From Octopus vulgaris (Eukaryota): DNA of 64,000 bases. Positions 63,346 to 64,000 of the stretch are shown here, piece by piece. Both the position numbers and the translations under genes were made by a program. Numbering within the stretch: position 1 is the first letter of the stretch; each line of letters opens with the position of its first letter. The notes below the pieces were generated by a model. The model was not told where the DNA came from, ran no database searches, and saw nothing but the letters and a program-made list of their open reading frames with translations. The stretch lies in assembly GCA_951406725.2 (NCBI GenBank), contig OX597824.1, positions 75,888,001 through 75,952,000 on the forward strand, written 5' to 3'.

Positions 63346-64000
63346 TATTCTCTCGAAAACTTTGGGGTGATACAGCTTAGCACCAGTGTTGTCACAATCA
63401 TTACTGCCGGTGTATAAAGATCTTCAACAAATATTGCAAACTATCTTGCCTGACTCCCAAGCAGTTTTGTCAATCCATGGCAATGGATTGATACTTAATT
63501 GTTGGCCCTGGAAAGATGAAAGGCAAGGTTAATCTCAGTAGGATTTGAACTCAGAATATAAAGAATTGAACCAACTGGCACAGGATGTTTAGCCAGCATT
63601 CTAACAACTGCAAATTTGATGCTGGTAGTAGCAGCTGAATCACCTACGTAGAGATTCCCTTGTTGGCTTAACATGTAGTATATTTTGCATCCAAGTACCC
63701 TTTACCAGTCATATCAGGCCCTGGAATATTCTACTTGTTTTATGCTCAAACCAACCAGATCAGGCCTCTCATGCTTATATATCCTTCAATGTCATTCTAA
63801 AAATAAACAGTTACATCATTGAAATCTTGAAGCCACGGGATAACGTGTGATTAATCAAAAGCAACGCGAATAAATAAGCATTACGTTTGATAGAACAATC
63901 TGTATACTGGAAGGGTTAAATTATGATCCATTGCATATTTAAGTTCTCTAAAGATGAAATTTCTAGTGATTTGATTGCAGCCTAATGTTTTTGTGCAGTA

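Overview
AT-rich, microsatellite-dense animal genomic DNA. The SINE, RTE and MITE families resemble those of an octopus or other coleoid cephalopod; this is recognition from memory, not a database result. The window holds part of one + strand gene, a TIF1-family RBCC protein (TRIM24/28/33, Drosophila bonus-like). Phase-compatible coding exons lie at 44491-45904 (last RING CxxC, B-box1, B-box2, coiled coil, Q38), 49044-49115 (candidate cassette), 55430-55761 (polyQ/polyP) and 58780-58999. I could not find the exon with the first part of the RING, and the PHD-bromodomain exons should lie beyond the window. The rest is intronic or upstream repeat DNA: tRNA-derived SINEs, RTE, R4/Dong, CR1 and Penelope-like remnants, mariner and Helitron fossils, and hAT and piggyBac-like MITEs. 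The most notable signal is a set of sequence-distinct short elements beside (AT)n tracts that carry minimal hammerhead-ribozyme folds. Nearly all are antisense to the host gene, and some form long foldbacks. Almost all short ORFs in the track are microsatellite artefacts. I saw no prokaryotic-type system and no CRISPR array.
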